The notes under the pieces: model-generated | What the model saw: only the letters and a program-made list of their open reading frames with translations | Told to the model about the DNA's origin: nothing | Databases searched by the model: none | Assembly: GCA_050287085.1 (NCBI GenBank) | Contig: JBNKBE010000002.1 | Span: forward strand, 160,001-224,000 | Reading direction: 5' to 3' | Source of the DNA: Polyangiaceae bacterium | Lineage (GTDB): Bacteria > Myxococcota_A > Polyangia > Polyangiales > Polyangiaceae | DNA: 64,000 nt | Part shown: positions 55,825 to 64,000 of the stretch, one piece after another | How positions within the stretch are numbered: position 1 is the stretch's first letter | Layout of the letters: each line of letters starts with the position of its first letter | Made by a program: the position numbers and the translations under genes

Positions 55825-58800
55825 ATGGGAATGGGTGCAGATACAATTCGCGAAATACTGGGAAGACTCCAAGCCGACTCCGAGCCAGAGGAGCTCTGGG
55901 CGAGCCTGGCGGAGGAGGCTTCGGACGCCTCGGCGGAAACCGCTAAGCTGCTAGCAGCGGCGCGCGCTGCACATGCTCGGCGCGGCGAGTGGGATGCCGT
56001 GGTTCGGCTGCTGAAGATGGAGCTGTCTGCCCGGGTGTCCGCGGAAGATGAGCACGAGCTCTTGGCGGAGCTGGCTCGGGTTCAGCAGCACGAGCTCTTG
56101 GACGAGAGCGGCGCGATGACGACCTACCGGCGCATGCTGGAGCGGGACTCTGACGACGAGTTGTTGTTGGCGGCCGTCGCCGAGAGCGACGAGCGGCGAG
56201 GCCGTTGGCGGGAGATGGCCCAGAGCTATCTTCAGGAAGCTGAGGCCGCACCCGACGACATCTACAAGGCCTCGATGCTGATGCGCGCTGCGGAAATGGA
56301 ATGGCGCTACGCGGATGAGCCCAACTGCGACCATGTCCTTGGCTTGTTGGCCCAGGCGGCAGAGGCGGACCCCAAGAACACCACCGTCCTGCACATGTTG
56401 GAGAGGGTGTACCGCTTCCTGGGGAAGTTCGAGGCTCTGCCCTCGGTTCTCGAGCGCTGGAGTCAGGCGGCGCAGGAGCCGGTTCAGGCGTTGGCTCCGG
56501 CGCTGCGTCTGGCGCGGCTGCTGGCCAATCGCGTCGGCGACCGAGAAGCTGCTGCACACGCCTATGAGCTCGCGCTGCAAGCCGTGCCCACGCTACCGGA
56601 GAGCAAAGAGTGGCTCGTCTCGCACTACGCGGAGACGGAGGATTGGGACCGATTGGTGCTGGTCTATGAGCGTGGGCTTACGGAGCAGGATCTAGGTCGC
56701 CCCGACCGGGTCGGGGACATGCTGCAGATTGCGCTGTTGCACCACAAGAAGCGACAGAACGAGAGCGATGCGTTGGCTTGGTTTGAGCGAATCCGAGCGG
56801 TGGAACCCACCAATGCGGCCATGCTGGACTTCTATCGCGAGTACTGCGCGGCTGCGGGCGAGGAGGGGCTGTTGTTGGATGTCCTCCGGCATGCGCAGCG
56901 GGTGCTTCCTGGCGGCGATGAGAAGAACGCCGTGACGCAGGAAATTGCGCAGCTAGCGGAGCAGCAAGAGGACGCACAACAGGCAATTGAGCAATACAAG
57001 GCCTTGCTGCGCCAGGACCCTGACAACGCTGAAGCGCGCAATTCTCTGAAAGCCCTCTACCGCAAGACTCAAGGTTATCATCAGCTCGTCGATCTTCTTC
57101 AGCACGAGTTGGAGCGGGTGTCTGAGTCCGACACGAACGAGCGCTTGCGCCTTCTGTCTGAGGTTGCATCGGTCTACCGCGATCATATCCCGCACGATAC
57201 ATCTCTGGTTTCGGCGCTCAATCAGATGCTGAAGCTAGACGATCGAAACGTCGCGGCGGTGCGTGAGCTCATCGGACTCTACGCTCGATTGGAGCGTTGG
57301 CGCGATCTATTGACGAGTCAGCAACGGTTGTCGGTGTTGAGCACCGACGAAGAAGAGCGCGTCGCGCTGCTGCGCGATTCCGGTCGACGATGGTTGGAAC
57401 AATTCTCCAACGTACAGAATGCGACGCTCGCCTTTGAGGCGCTGCTGGAGCTTCGTCCCACGGATCGTGAGGCGCGCGATACGTTGGCCAGTCTCTACAA
57501 GAAGCGTCGGGCGTGGCCTGCGCTATTTAAGCTCTATGAGTTGCAAGTGGCCACGCTGGAAGGCCCTCAGCGTGTCGCGGTGATGAAGGAAATGGCCGAG
57601 CTGGCCGCAGACCGACTGGGGAATCGCGACACCGCAGCCAAGTTGTACCGACAGATTCTAGATAGCGAGCCTAGCAATGTGGGGGTGCTGGATGCCCTCG
57701 AGCGACAGGCCGAGCGCGCCAAAGACTGGGCGACCTTGGCGTCGGCGCTCGAGCACCGCTCGCAGCTCGACATGGCGGATGTCGATCGAGTGGCTGTCCT
57801 GCAGAAGCTTGGGGCGGTCTATCAGGATCATGTAAAGGCTTCGGCCAAGGCGATCGAGACATGGCAGCGCGTGCTCAGTCTTCAGCCGGGGCACTCCCGC
57901 GCCCTGCGCGTGCTGCGCGACGCCTTCCTGGCGAAAGAGGACTACGAGGCGCTGGAGACCCTCTTCGCTGAGCAAGGCGACTACGAGTCGCTGGCTGAAG
58001 TGTTGAGCAATACGGCGGACCGCGCGACGGACATTCGCGCAAAGATCGATCTGAGCTACCGGGCTGCTCGCGTCTTTGAAGCGAACTTGCACAAGCCGGA
58101 ACGCGCGTTTCGCAGCTATGAGCGAATTCTCGCCGTCGACCCCTTTGACACGAAAGCGGCGAGGGCCTTGCTTCCGCTTTATGAGCGCGACGAAAAATGG
58201 GCTCGCCTCCCCGCATTGTATGAGCTGCTGATCGACGATGCGTCCGACAAGGACGAGAAGCTCAGCCTCTACGAGCGACTGATCGACGTTACGGCGCAGC
58301 GCCTGAGCGACAAGAAGGGCGCGGTCGAGTTTGCTCGCAAGGCCTATGAGTTGGATCCGGAGCGGCCCGACGCACTGTCGCTCTTTGAACAGGCGTGTTC
58401 AGCCGCCGACAGCTGGGAGCCTTTTGCTCAGGCGCTCGAAGCCCGGCTCCTGCTGCATCGCGATTCGGTCGCGCCCCCGCCCAAGGGGGGACGCCGTCGC
58501 CGTCGAGGCAAAGCGCCGGCGCAGGCCGCTGCGGCAGCCACCGGGGATGACGCGCTGACCGACAACACGGTGCGGCGACTCGAGCTTTCCTTGGCGCATA
58601 CGTATGCGGAGCGGCTCGAGCGTCTGCAGGACGCGGTGACCACTTACAAGCGACTGCTCGAGAGCCACCCCGAGGATCTGGTCGCCGGCAGCGAGTTGGA
58701 GACATTGCTCGATCGCATGGGGGCGACCGACGAGCTCCGTTGGCTCTACGGCTTCAGGGTCGAGAACGCGTCGTCCGACGAGCAAGCCCTCAGCGACATG

Positions 58801-61800
58801 CGGCAATGGGCCCGCGCCGAAGAAGAACGCTTCGGAGACCCCGCGCGGGCAGCAGAACTGCATCGGCGGATTCTCGAGCAGCATCCAGGCGACGATGACA
58901 GTTTGGTTCAGCTGGCTCGCTTGCTCCTATCCTTGGGGGAAAACGAGGACGCATTGGGGGCGCTCAATCAGCGGCGCGCGTTGCTCCAGGGAGAAGCTCT
59001 CGCGGAGTTGGAAGTAGAGATCGCTGCGGTGCTCTTGCAGCGTTTGGGGCGCCCTCAGGATGCGCTCGAAGCATGCGTGCGGGCGATCGAGCTTGGCTCC
59101 GAGGCGGAAGCGATCGTGGAGATGCTGCGGAGCTTGTCCGAGGCGAGTGAGACCAAGGCTCGTGCGCGAGAAGTGCTTGCTGAAGTCTACCATCGGGCGG
59201 GTGAAAGCCGGCGTGAGGCCGAAGCACTTGTTGCCCTGCTTGCGACCGAGTCGGACCCCGTTCGCAGGCTTGAGGTCTATGTGCGCGCGGTGGGCGTCTA
59301 TGAGCAGCTGGACTCCTACGGGGCTGCCTTCGACACCATGCTGCGAGCCTGCCGCGAGTTTCCGCAGCGCATCGAGCTTTGGGAGCGGGTGGGCACGCTC
59401 AGTGAACAGGCAGCACGCCCAACCGAGTTGTTGGACGTCTATCGCGATGTTCTGCAGCAAGAGCTACCTCCCGAAACGACGTTGCCCCTGTGTCAGCAGG
59501 CCGCGGCGCTGGTCACCGAACAGCTAGGTGATCCTGCGGGGGCCGCGCCGTACCTCGAGCGGGTGCTGCAAATAGATCCGGCCAATGAAGTGGCCTTCAC
59601 CTCTCTCAAGCAGATCTTGACCTCAAACCAGCGTTGGGGCGAACTGCAGGGGCTCTACGACCGCATGATCGAAGCGGTCGACGATCCAGCCGGGAAGCTC
59701 GCGATCTTGTCTGAGGTCGCAATGGTCACGGAGGAGTTCGTCGAGGATTCGGCCAAGGCTGTTCACTACTACGAGGCCATGCAGGCGCTCGACCCGGACT
59801 CCCAGGTTGCGTTGGCCGCGCTGGATCGTCTGTACGTTCAGCACGACGAGGTGTCGCTGCTGGAGAAGGTTCTCATCCGGCGCCTTGCGCTGGAATCCAA
59901 CGGCCACGAAGCGACATCATTCCGTTTGCGGCTGGCGGAGCTATATCTCGACCGGCTGCATCAGCCGGAGCATGCACTGCCACATCTGGGGGCGGTATTG
60001 GGCCAGGACGTCAATGATCTCCGGGCCAGAGAGCTGACCGAGCGGGTGCTCGGTATTGGCAGTCTGCGTGGCGAAGCGGCTGAGATCCTTGAGCCTGTTT
60101 ATCTCGCGCGAGATCAAATTCGCGACTTGGTAAGGGTGTTAGAAGTACGCGTGGATGTGCTCCGTCAGTTGGAGGAGCGCAGCGACGAGCAGGAGCTGCA
60201 GTATCGCGAGATGCTGGCGCGGCTGGCGGAGCTCATGGACGAACGGCTTCGGGACGATGAGGGCACCCTGCGTGTTCTGTCGGAGTACGTGCCACTGGTC
60301 CCGTCGGACGAACTCGCGCGTGATAAATTGGTAGCAAGCGGGCGCCGGCTTAGCGCGCCGTCCCAGGTGGCGGGTGTATTGACACTGGCAGGCGAAAACT
60401 CGCCGGACGCCATCACCAAAGGCGAGCTTTGGCTTCTGGCGGGCGATTTGCTCGACGGGGATTCGGAAGCCGCTGAGCCCTTGTATCGGCGGGTGCTTTC
60501 GGTGATGGGGGACGCGCCGGAGTTGGCGCGGCCCGCTGCTCGCGCGTTGGAGCGCATCTTTGCGCAAGCCGACGACCATGCGGAATTGGTAGCGAACCTT
60601 CGAGTTCAGCTCGGCCTGTGCTCGGACCCCGACGAACGGGCGCAGCTCTTGGGGCGCATCGCCCAACTTTGTGAGACTAAGCTGGACGACCTCGATGCCG
60701 CCATCGCAGCCTGGAAAGAGCGTCTGGAAACGGACGCCGCTGACTCCGACGCGCTCTCGGCGTTGGATCGCTTGTACGAAAAGGCTGAGCGCTGGAAAGA
60801 GCTCGTGGGCATTCTTGAGGTTCGGCGCGATCACGTGGCCGGCGCTGACGAGCGACACGTGCTGATGGCCCGGGCGGCGCGCGTTTTCGCCGACAGACTG
60901 ACGGATCCGACGTCAGCGATTTTCACCTATCGCGCAATGCTGGACGAGACCGGACCCGACGAGGCTGTGCTCGAACCGCTCGAGGTACTGCTCCGTCAAG
61001 AGGAGCGTTGGGAGGAACTGGTCGACGCTTGCGAGATGCACCTGTCCTTGCCGCTGGAGGCAGCACAGCGTGTTGCGCTGCAGACGACCATTGGAGAGCT
61101 ACAGTTTCGGCGCTTGAGCGATATTCCTCGCGCGCTCGAGGCGTTTGATAGCGTCCTGGGTCAGGACTCGGCCAATCAAGTGGCGCGCGTGGCGTTGGAA
61201 GAAGTGATGCTTGGCGACGACCGTTTGCACAGTCGCCAGGCGGCCCAGATTCTTGTGCCGGTTCAGGATGCCGGCAGAGAGTGGGAGGCGCTGCTGAAGT
61301 CACACCGGGTTCTAGCCGACACCGCTGAGCTCGTCGACGACCGGTTGAGCAGTCTGAATGCGGCGTTGGACGTCGTGGAGGAGCGCCTAGAAGACCGCGG
61401 GCGTGCTTTCGACCTAGTAGCTGAAGCGGTAACAACGGCCGCTGGGCACGCTGATCTCCGTCCGTGGCTGGAACAGCTAGCACGTCTGTCTGAGGCCACG
61501 GGGCGTTTTAGCGACGAGTGCAAGCTGCTGCAGCAGATCGCAGCCGAGATCTTCGACGGCGATGTGCAATTCGATGTGACGCTCAAGATTGCGCGACTGG
61601 CCCTTGAGCAGCTGCATGATTCGGATTTGGCGCTTGAGTATTTTCAGCGGGCGGTCGAATTGCGCAGTGACTCGGACGAGTCGCTTGCAGCGCTTGAGAC
61701 GTTGTATCGCGAGAAGGCGCGTTTTGAGGACCTGCTCACTGTATTGGAGCGCAGAACGGATCTAGCGGCCACTTCGGATGTCGCGACGGCGCTCCTCTTC

Positions 61801-64000
61801 AAGCGGGCGGCACTGCTCGACGAGACGCTGGAACGACCCGAGCAGGCTTCCCAAGCACTCGAGGCCATTCTCGACCGTGGCTATGACGAGAAGGCTGCTT
61901 CGGGCCTGATAGATCTGTACACGCGTTTGGGGCGCTGGGAGGAGCTGGTCGAGATTCACCAGCGACGATTGGATCAAGCGGGCGTCGATAGCTGTGCCGT
62001 GCGCGTCGCGATCGCGGACGTGGCGGCGTGGCGGCTTGGGGACCCGTTTCGCGCCTTTGAGCACCTCGAAGCGGCGCTTCAGGTCGAGCCTCAGCACGGT
62101 GGCGTCATCACGGCTCTGGAGCGCTTGATGGCCGACGCGGGCGAGGCCCAGCATCGAGCACACGCTGCAGGCATATTGGAGCCGATCTACCTTGCTCGCG
62201 CCGACTACGACCGAGTGATTCAGAGCCGCAGCGCTCGCCTCGACTACACTGACGCGCCAGAGGAACGTCGCAACCTTTTGTCGTCTTTGGCTCAGTTGTA
62301 CGAGGAGCAAAAAGAAGACTACCCGGCGGCGTTTGAGACGGTCGCCAGGCTTCTGCACGAAGACCTGGACGATGAGCACACCATCGGTGAACTCGAAAGG
62401 CTCGCCAGGGTGGCTGACAAGGCGGACCGGCTCGCTGAGGTCTATTCGGAGCAGCTTGAAGACCTGTCCGGTGACGAAGCGCGTATCGTGCTGATGGCTC
62501 GGCGGGCGGGTGAACTGTACCGAGATGCCGGGGACCTCGAGCGCGGACTTCGCTATTTCCGGCAGGCCTACGATTACGAGACCGAAGATCGTTCGTTGTT
62601 CGACGCCATCGACGAGCTCTTGACGCGACTAGGGCGACCTGCGGAGCGGGTTGAATTGTACCAGGGAGCACTAGCCGTACGCACGGACACAGCGGAACGC
62701 ATCACCCTGATGCATTCGATCGCTGAGCTGCAGGCTGTCGCTTTGAGCAACAAATCCGCCGCGATCGAGACCTACCGCGATCTCTTGTCTCAGGAGCCCG
62801 AGGATAAGACGGCCCTCGATACCGTCAGCCGCTTGTACTACGAGACTGAGCGCTTCGAAGACCTCTACGATCTGGTTCTATCGCGCGCGGAGGCCGCTCC
62901 GGATCAGCGCAAAGCGGCTGACTACCGGCTGGCTCTTGCTCGCTTGTGCCGGGAGCAATTGCAGGACGACGTCCGCGCTCTGGATCAGTTGGAGGAGGTG
63001 CTCGAGGCCGATCCGCGTCACGCCGAGGCACTCGATGAGCTGGAGGCCTACCGCAAGCAGCCGGAGCATACGTCGCGGGTGGTCGACATCCTGCGGCCCG
63101 TCTTCTTGGCAACAGACTCGTGGCGGCATCAAATCTCGCTCAATGAGGACCGGTTCCGTCTGGCGCCGGACGTAGCCGAGCAGATTTCAGTCTTGTGCGA
63201 GACAGCGGGTCTGTGGGAGCGCCGCGCGGGTGAGCCGGTGCGGGCATTACACGTGTTGGCGGAAGCCGTGCGTTTGGCCCCCGACGACGACGAGGTCCGC
63301 GCCGAATTCGAGCGTGTGGTGGAACTCACCGGACAGTGGGATGAGCTGGCGTCCGTCTACGGTGGCCTGCTGGCGGAAAACACGGAGCTTCTTCGTGCTC
63401 CCGAGATGTGGGCCCGCCTCGCGCGTTGCCACGACGAGAGTCGCGACGACCCACGCGCCGCCCTGAAGGCCTACGCAGAGCTGCACAAGGTCGACCCCTC
63501 GGACGTCGAAGTCGTCGAACGCATGGAGAGCCTCGCGACGTTGTTGAGCGATTGGGAAGCTCTCGATTGGGTGCTTGTTGCCAAGGCGGGCCTATCGCTC
63601 AGCGATGAAGAGCAGGCGAGCATTTGGCGCCGGGTCGCCGAGGGTCGAAGTGACATGTTGGGCAACGCGCCGGGGGCGATCGAGGCCTATGAGCAAGCGC
63701 TTCTGCTCGAGCCGGACAGTGTCTTTACCTTGGACTGCCTAATTCCGCTGCTCGAGACCGAGCCTGCCGGGGAGCGCTTGGTCGACCTTTACCTGGCTCG
63801 GGTCGACCTTGCCGAGCCGGACGATTCGGAGGTGCGCTTCGACATGCTCCAGCGCGCCGCTGCCTGCTTCCAAGGGTCGTTGGGTGAACCTGCTCGGGCG
63901 ATAGAGCTCTACGTACGGGCGCTAGAAGAACGCCCTGACCACCCTGAGACTTTGGCGGCGCTCAGTCGCTTATATGAGCAGGAGCAGTTCTGGCCAGAGT
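55825..64000 (+). CDS. Giant TPR-repeat protein, AgmK/GltI-like (>2700 aa, partial)
   Basis: Not in the ORF track (no stop in window). Frame is open wherever spot-checked, from MGMGADTIREILGRLQ to LSRLYEQEQFWPE; repeated ALxALxRLY...WxEL TPR units. Confidence 0.85.
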   Translation, partial: MGMGADTIREILGRLQADSEPEELWASLAEEASDASAETAKLLAAARAAHARRGEWDAVVRLLKMELSARVSAEDEHELLAELARVQQHELLDESGAMTTYRRMLERDSDDELLLAAVAESDERRGRWREMAQSYLQEAEAAPDDIYKASMLMRAAEMEWRYADEPNCDHVLGLLAQAAEADPKNTTVLHMLERVYRFLGKFEALPSVLERWSQAAQEPVQALAPALRLARLLANRVGDREAAAHAYELALQAVPTLPESKEWLVSHYAETEDWDRLVLVYERGLTEQDLGRPDRVGDMLQIALLHHKKRQNESDALAWFERIRAVEPTNAAMLDFYREYCAAAGEEGLLLDVLRHAQRVLPGGDEKNAVTQEIAQLAEQQEDAQQAIEQYKALLRQDPDNAEARNSLKALYRKTQGYHQLVDLLQHELERVSESDTNERLRLLSEVASVYRDHIPHDTSLVSALNQMLKLDDRNVAAVRELIGLYARLERWRDLLTSQQRLSVLSTDEEERVALLRDSGRRWLEQFSNVQNATLAFEALLELRPTDREARDTLASLYKKRRAWPALFKLYELQVATLEGPQRVAVMKEMAELAADRLGNRDTAAKLYRQILDSEPSNVGVLDALERQAERAKDWATLASALEHRSQLDMADVDRVAVLQKLGAVYQDHVKASAKAIETWQRVLSLQPGHSRALRVLRDAFLAKEDYEALETLFAEQGDYESLAEVLSNTADRATDIRAKIDLSYRAARVFEANLHKPERAFRSYERILAVDPFDTKAARALLPLYERDEKWARLPALYELLIDDASDKDEKLSLYERLIDVTAQRLSDKKGAVEFARKAYELDPERPDALSLFEQACSAADSWEPFAQALEARLLLHRDSVAPPPKGGRRRRRGKAPAQAAAAATGDDALTDNTVRRLELSLAHTYAERLERLQDAVTTYKRLLESHPEDLVAGSELETLLDRMGATDELRWLYGFRVENASSDEQALSDMRQWARAEEERFGDPARAAELHRRILEQHPGDDDSLVQLARLLLSLGENEDALGALNQRRALLQGEALAELEVEIAAVLLQRLGRPQDALEACVRAIELGSEAEAIVEMLRSLSEASETKARAREVLAEVYHRAGESRREAEALVALLATESDPVRRLEVYVRAVGVYEQLDSYGAAFDTMLRACREFPQRIELWERVGTLSEQAARPTELLDVYRDVLQQELPPETTLPLCQQAAALVTEQLGDPAGAAPYLERVLQIDPANEVAFTSLKQILTSNQRWGELQGLYDRMIEAVDDPAGKLAILSEVAMVTEEFVEDSAKAVHYYEAMQALDPDSQVALAALDRLYVQHDEVSLLEKVLIRRLALESNGHEATSFRLRLAELYLDRLHQPEHALPHLGAVLGQDVNDLRARELTERVLGIGSLRGEAAEILEPVYLARDQIRDLVRVLEVRVDVLRQLEERSDEQELQYREMLARLAELMDERLRDDEGTLRVLSEYVPLVPSDELARDKLVASGRRLSAPSQVAGVLTLAGENSPDAITKGELWLLAGDLLDGDSEAAEPLYRRVLSVMGDAPELARPAARALERIFAQADDHAELVANLRVQLGLCSDPDERAQLLGRIAQLCETKLDDLDAAIAAWKERLETDAADSDALSALDRLYEKAERWKELVGILEVRRDHVAGADERHVLMARAARVFADRLTDPTSAIFTYRAMLDETGPDEAVLEPLEVLLRQEERWEELVDACEMHLSLPLEAAQRVALQTTIGELQFRRLSDIPRALEAFDSVLGQDSANQVARVALEEVMLGDDRLHSRQAAQILVPVQDAGREWEALLKSHRVLADTAELVDDRLSSLNAALDVVEERLEDRGRAFDLVAEAVTTAAGHADLRPWLEQLARLSEATGRFSDECKLLQQIAAEIFDGDVQFDVTLKIARLALEQLHDSDLALEYFQRAVELRSDSDESLAALETLYREKARFEDLLTVLERRTDLAATSDVATALLFKRAALLDETLERPEQASQALEAILDRGYDEKAASGLIDLYTRLGRWEELVEIHQRRLDQAGVDSCAVRVAIADVAAWRLGDPFRAFEHLEAALQVEPQHGGVITALERLMADAGEAQHRAHAAGILEPIYLARADYDRVIQSRSARLDYTDAPEERRNLLSSLAQLYEEQKEDYPAAFETVARLLHEDLDDEHTIGELERLARVADKADRLAEVYSEQLEDLSGDEARIVLMARRAGELYRDAGDLERGLRYFRQAYDYETEDRSLFDAIDELLTRLGRPAERVELYQGALAVRTDTAERITLMHSIAELQAVALSNKSAAIETYRDLLSQEPEDKTALDTVSRLYYETERFEDLYDLVLSRAEAAPDQRKAADYRLALARLCREQLQDDVRALDQLEEVLEADPRHAEALDELEAYRKQPEHTSRVVDILRPVFLATDSWRHQISLNEDRFRLAPDVAEQISVLCETAGLWERRAGEPVRALHVLAEAVRLAPDDDEVRAEFERVVELTGQWDELASVYGGLLAENTELLRAPEMWARLARCHDESRDDPRAALKAYAELHKVDPSDVEVVERMESLATLLSDWEALDWVLVAKAGLSLSDEEQASIWRRVAEGRSDMLGNAPGAIEAYEQALLLEPDSVFTLDCLIPLLETEPAGERLVDLYLARVDLAEPDDSEVRFDMLQRAAACFQGSLGEPARAIELYVRALEERPDHPETLAALSRLYEQEQFWPE

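Overview
High-GC bacterial chromosome segment, most likely a myxobacterium (Myxococcota, probably Polyangiaceae-like). This is inferred from the Hanks-type kinases, FHA and PEGA-like proteins, pilC-pilS and a giant AgmK/GltI-like TPR gene. Housekeeping genes include polA (partial), ihfA, ssb, gcvT-gcvH-gcvPA (no adjacent gcvPB), yebC, coaBC, feoA-feoB with a probable Fur box, tRNA-Leu(UAA), riboflavin synthase, an RlmL-like methyltransferase, apaH, thiD and efp. The most notable part is a ~12.7 kb chemosensory block (21716-34438). It encodes a REC-pseudoREC-GGDEF-EAL protein, a CheA with two Hpt domains, CheW, a soluble receptor with three tandem Aer2-type PAS-heme domains and a C-terminal pentapeptide, CheR, CheB, CheX, CheY, CheD and a second receiver. 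All four transcription units start with a sigma28/FliA-like promoter sharing a variant -10 (GYCGTT), suggesting a co-regulated gas-sensing pathway that may output to c-di-GMP. Other points of interest: an unannotated probable pseudokinase (46300-48162), a kinase plus Cys-rich/PEGA partner pair, several probable leaderless transcripts, multiple short VNTRs and a G17 run. No CRISPR array, rRNA or mobile element was found. All calls come from reading the sequence by eye; no searches were run.
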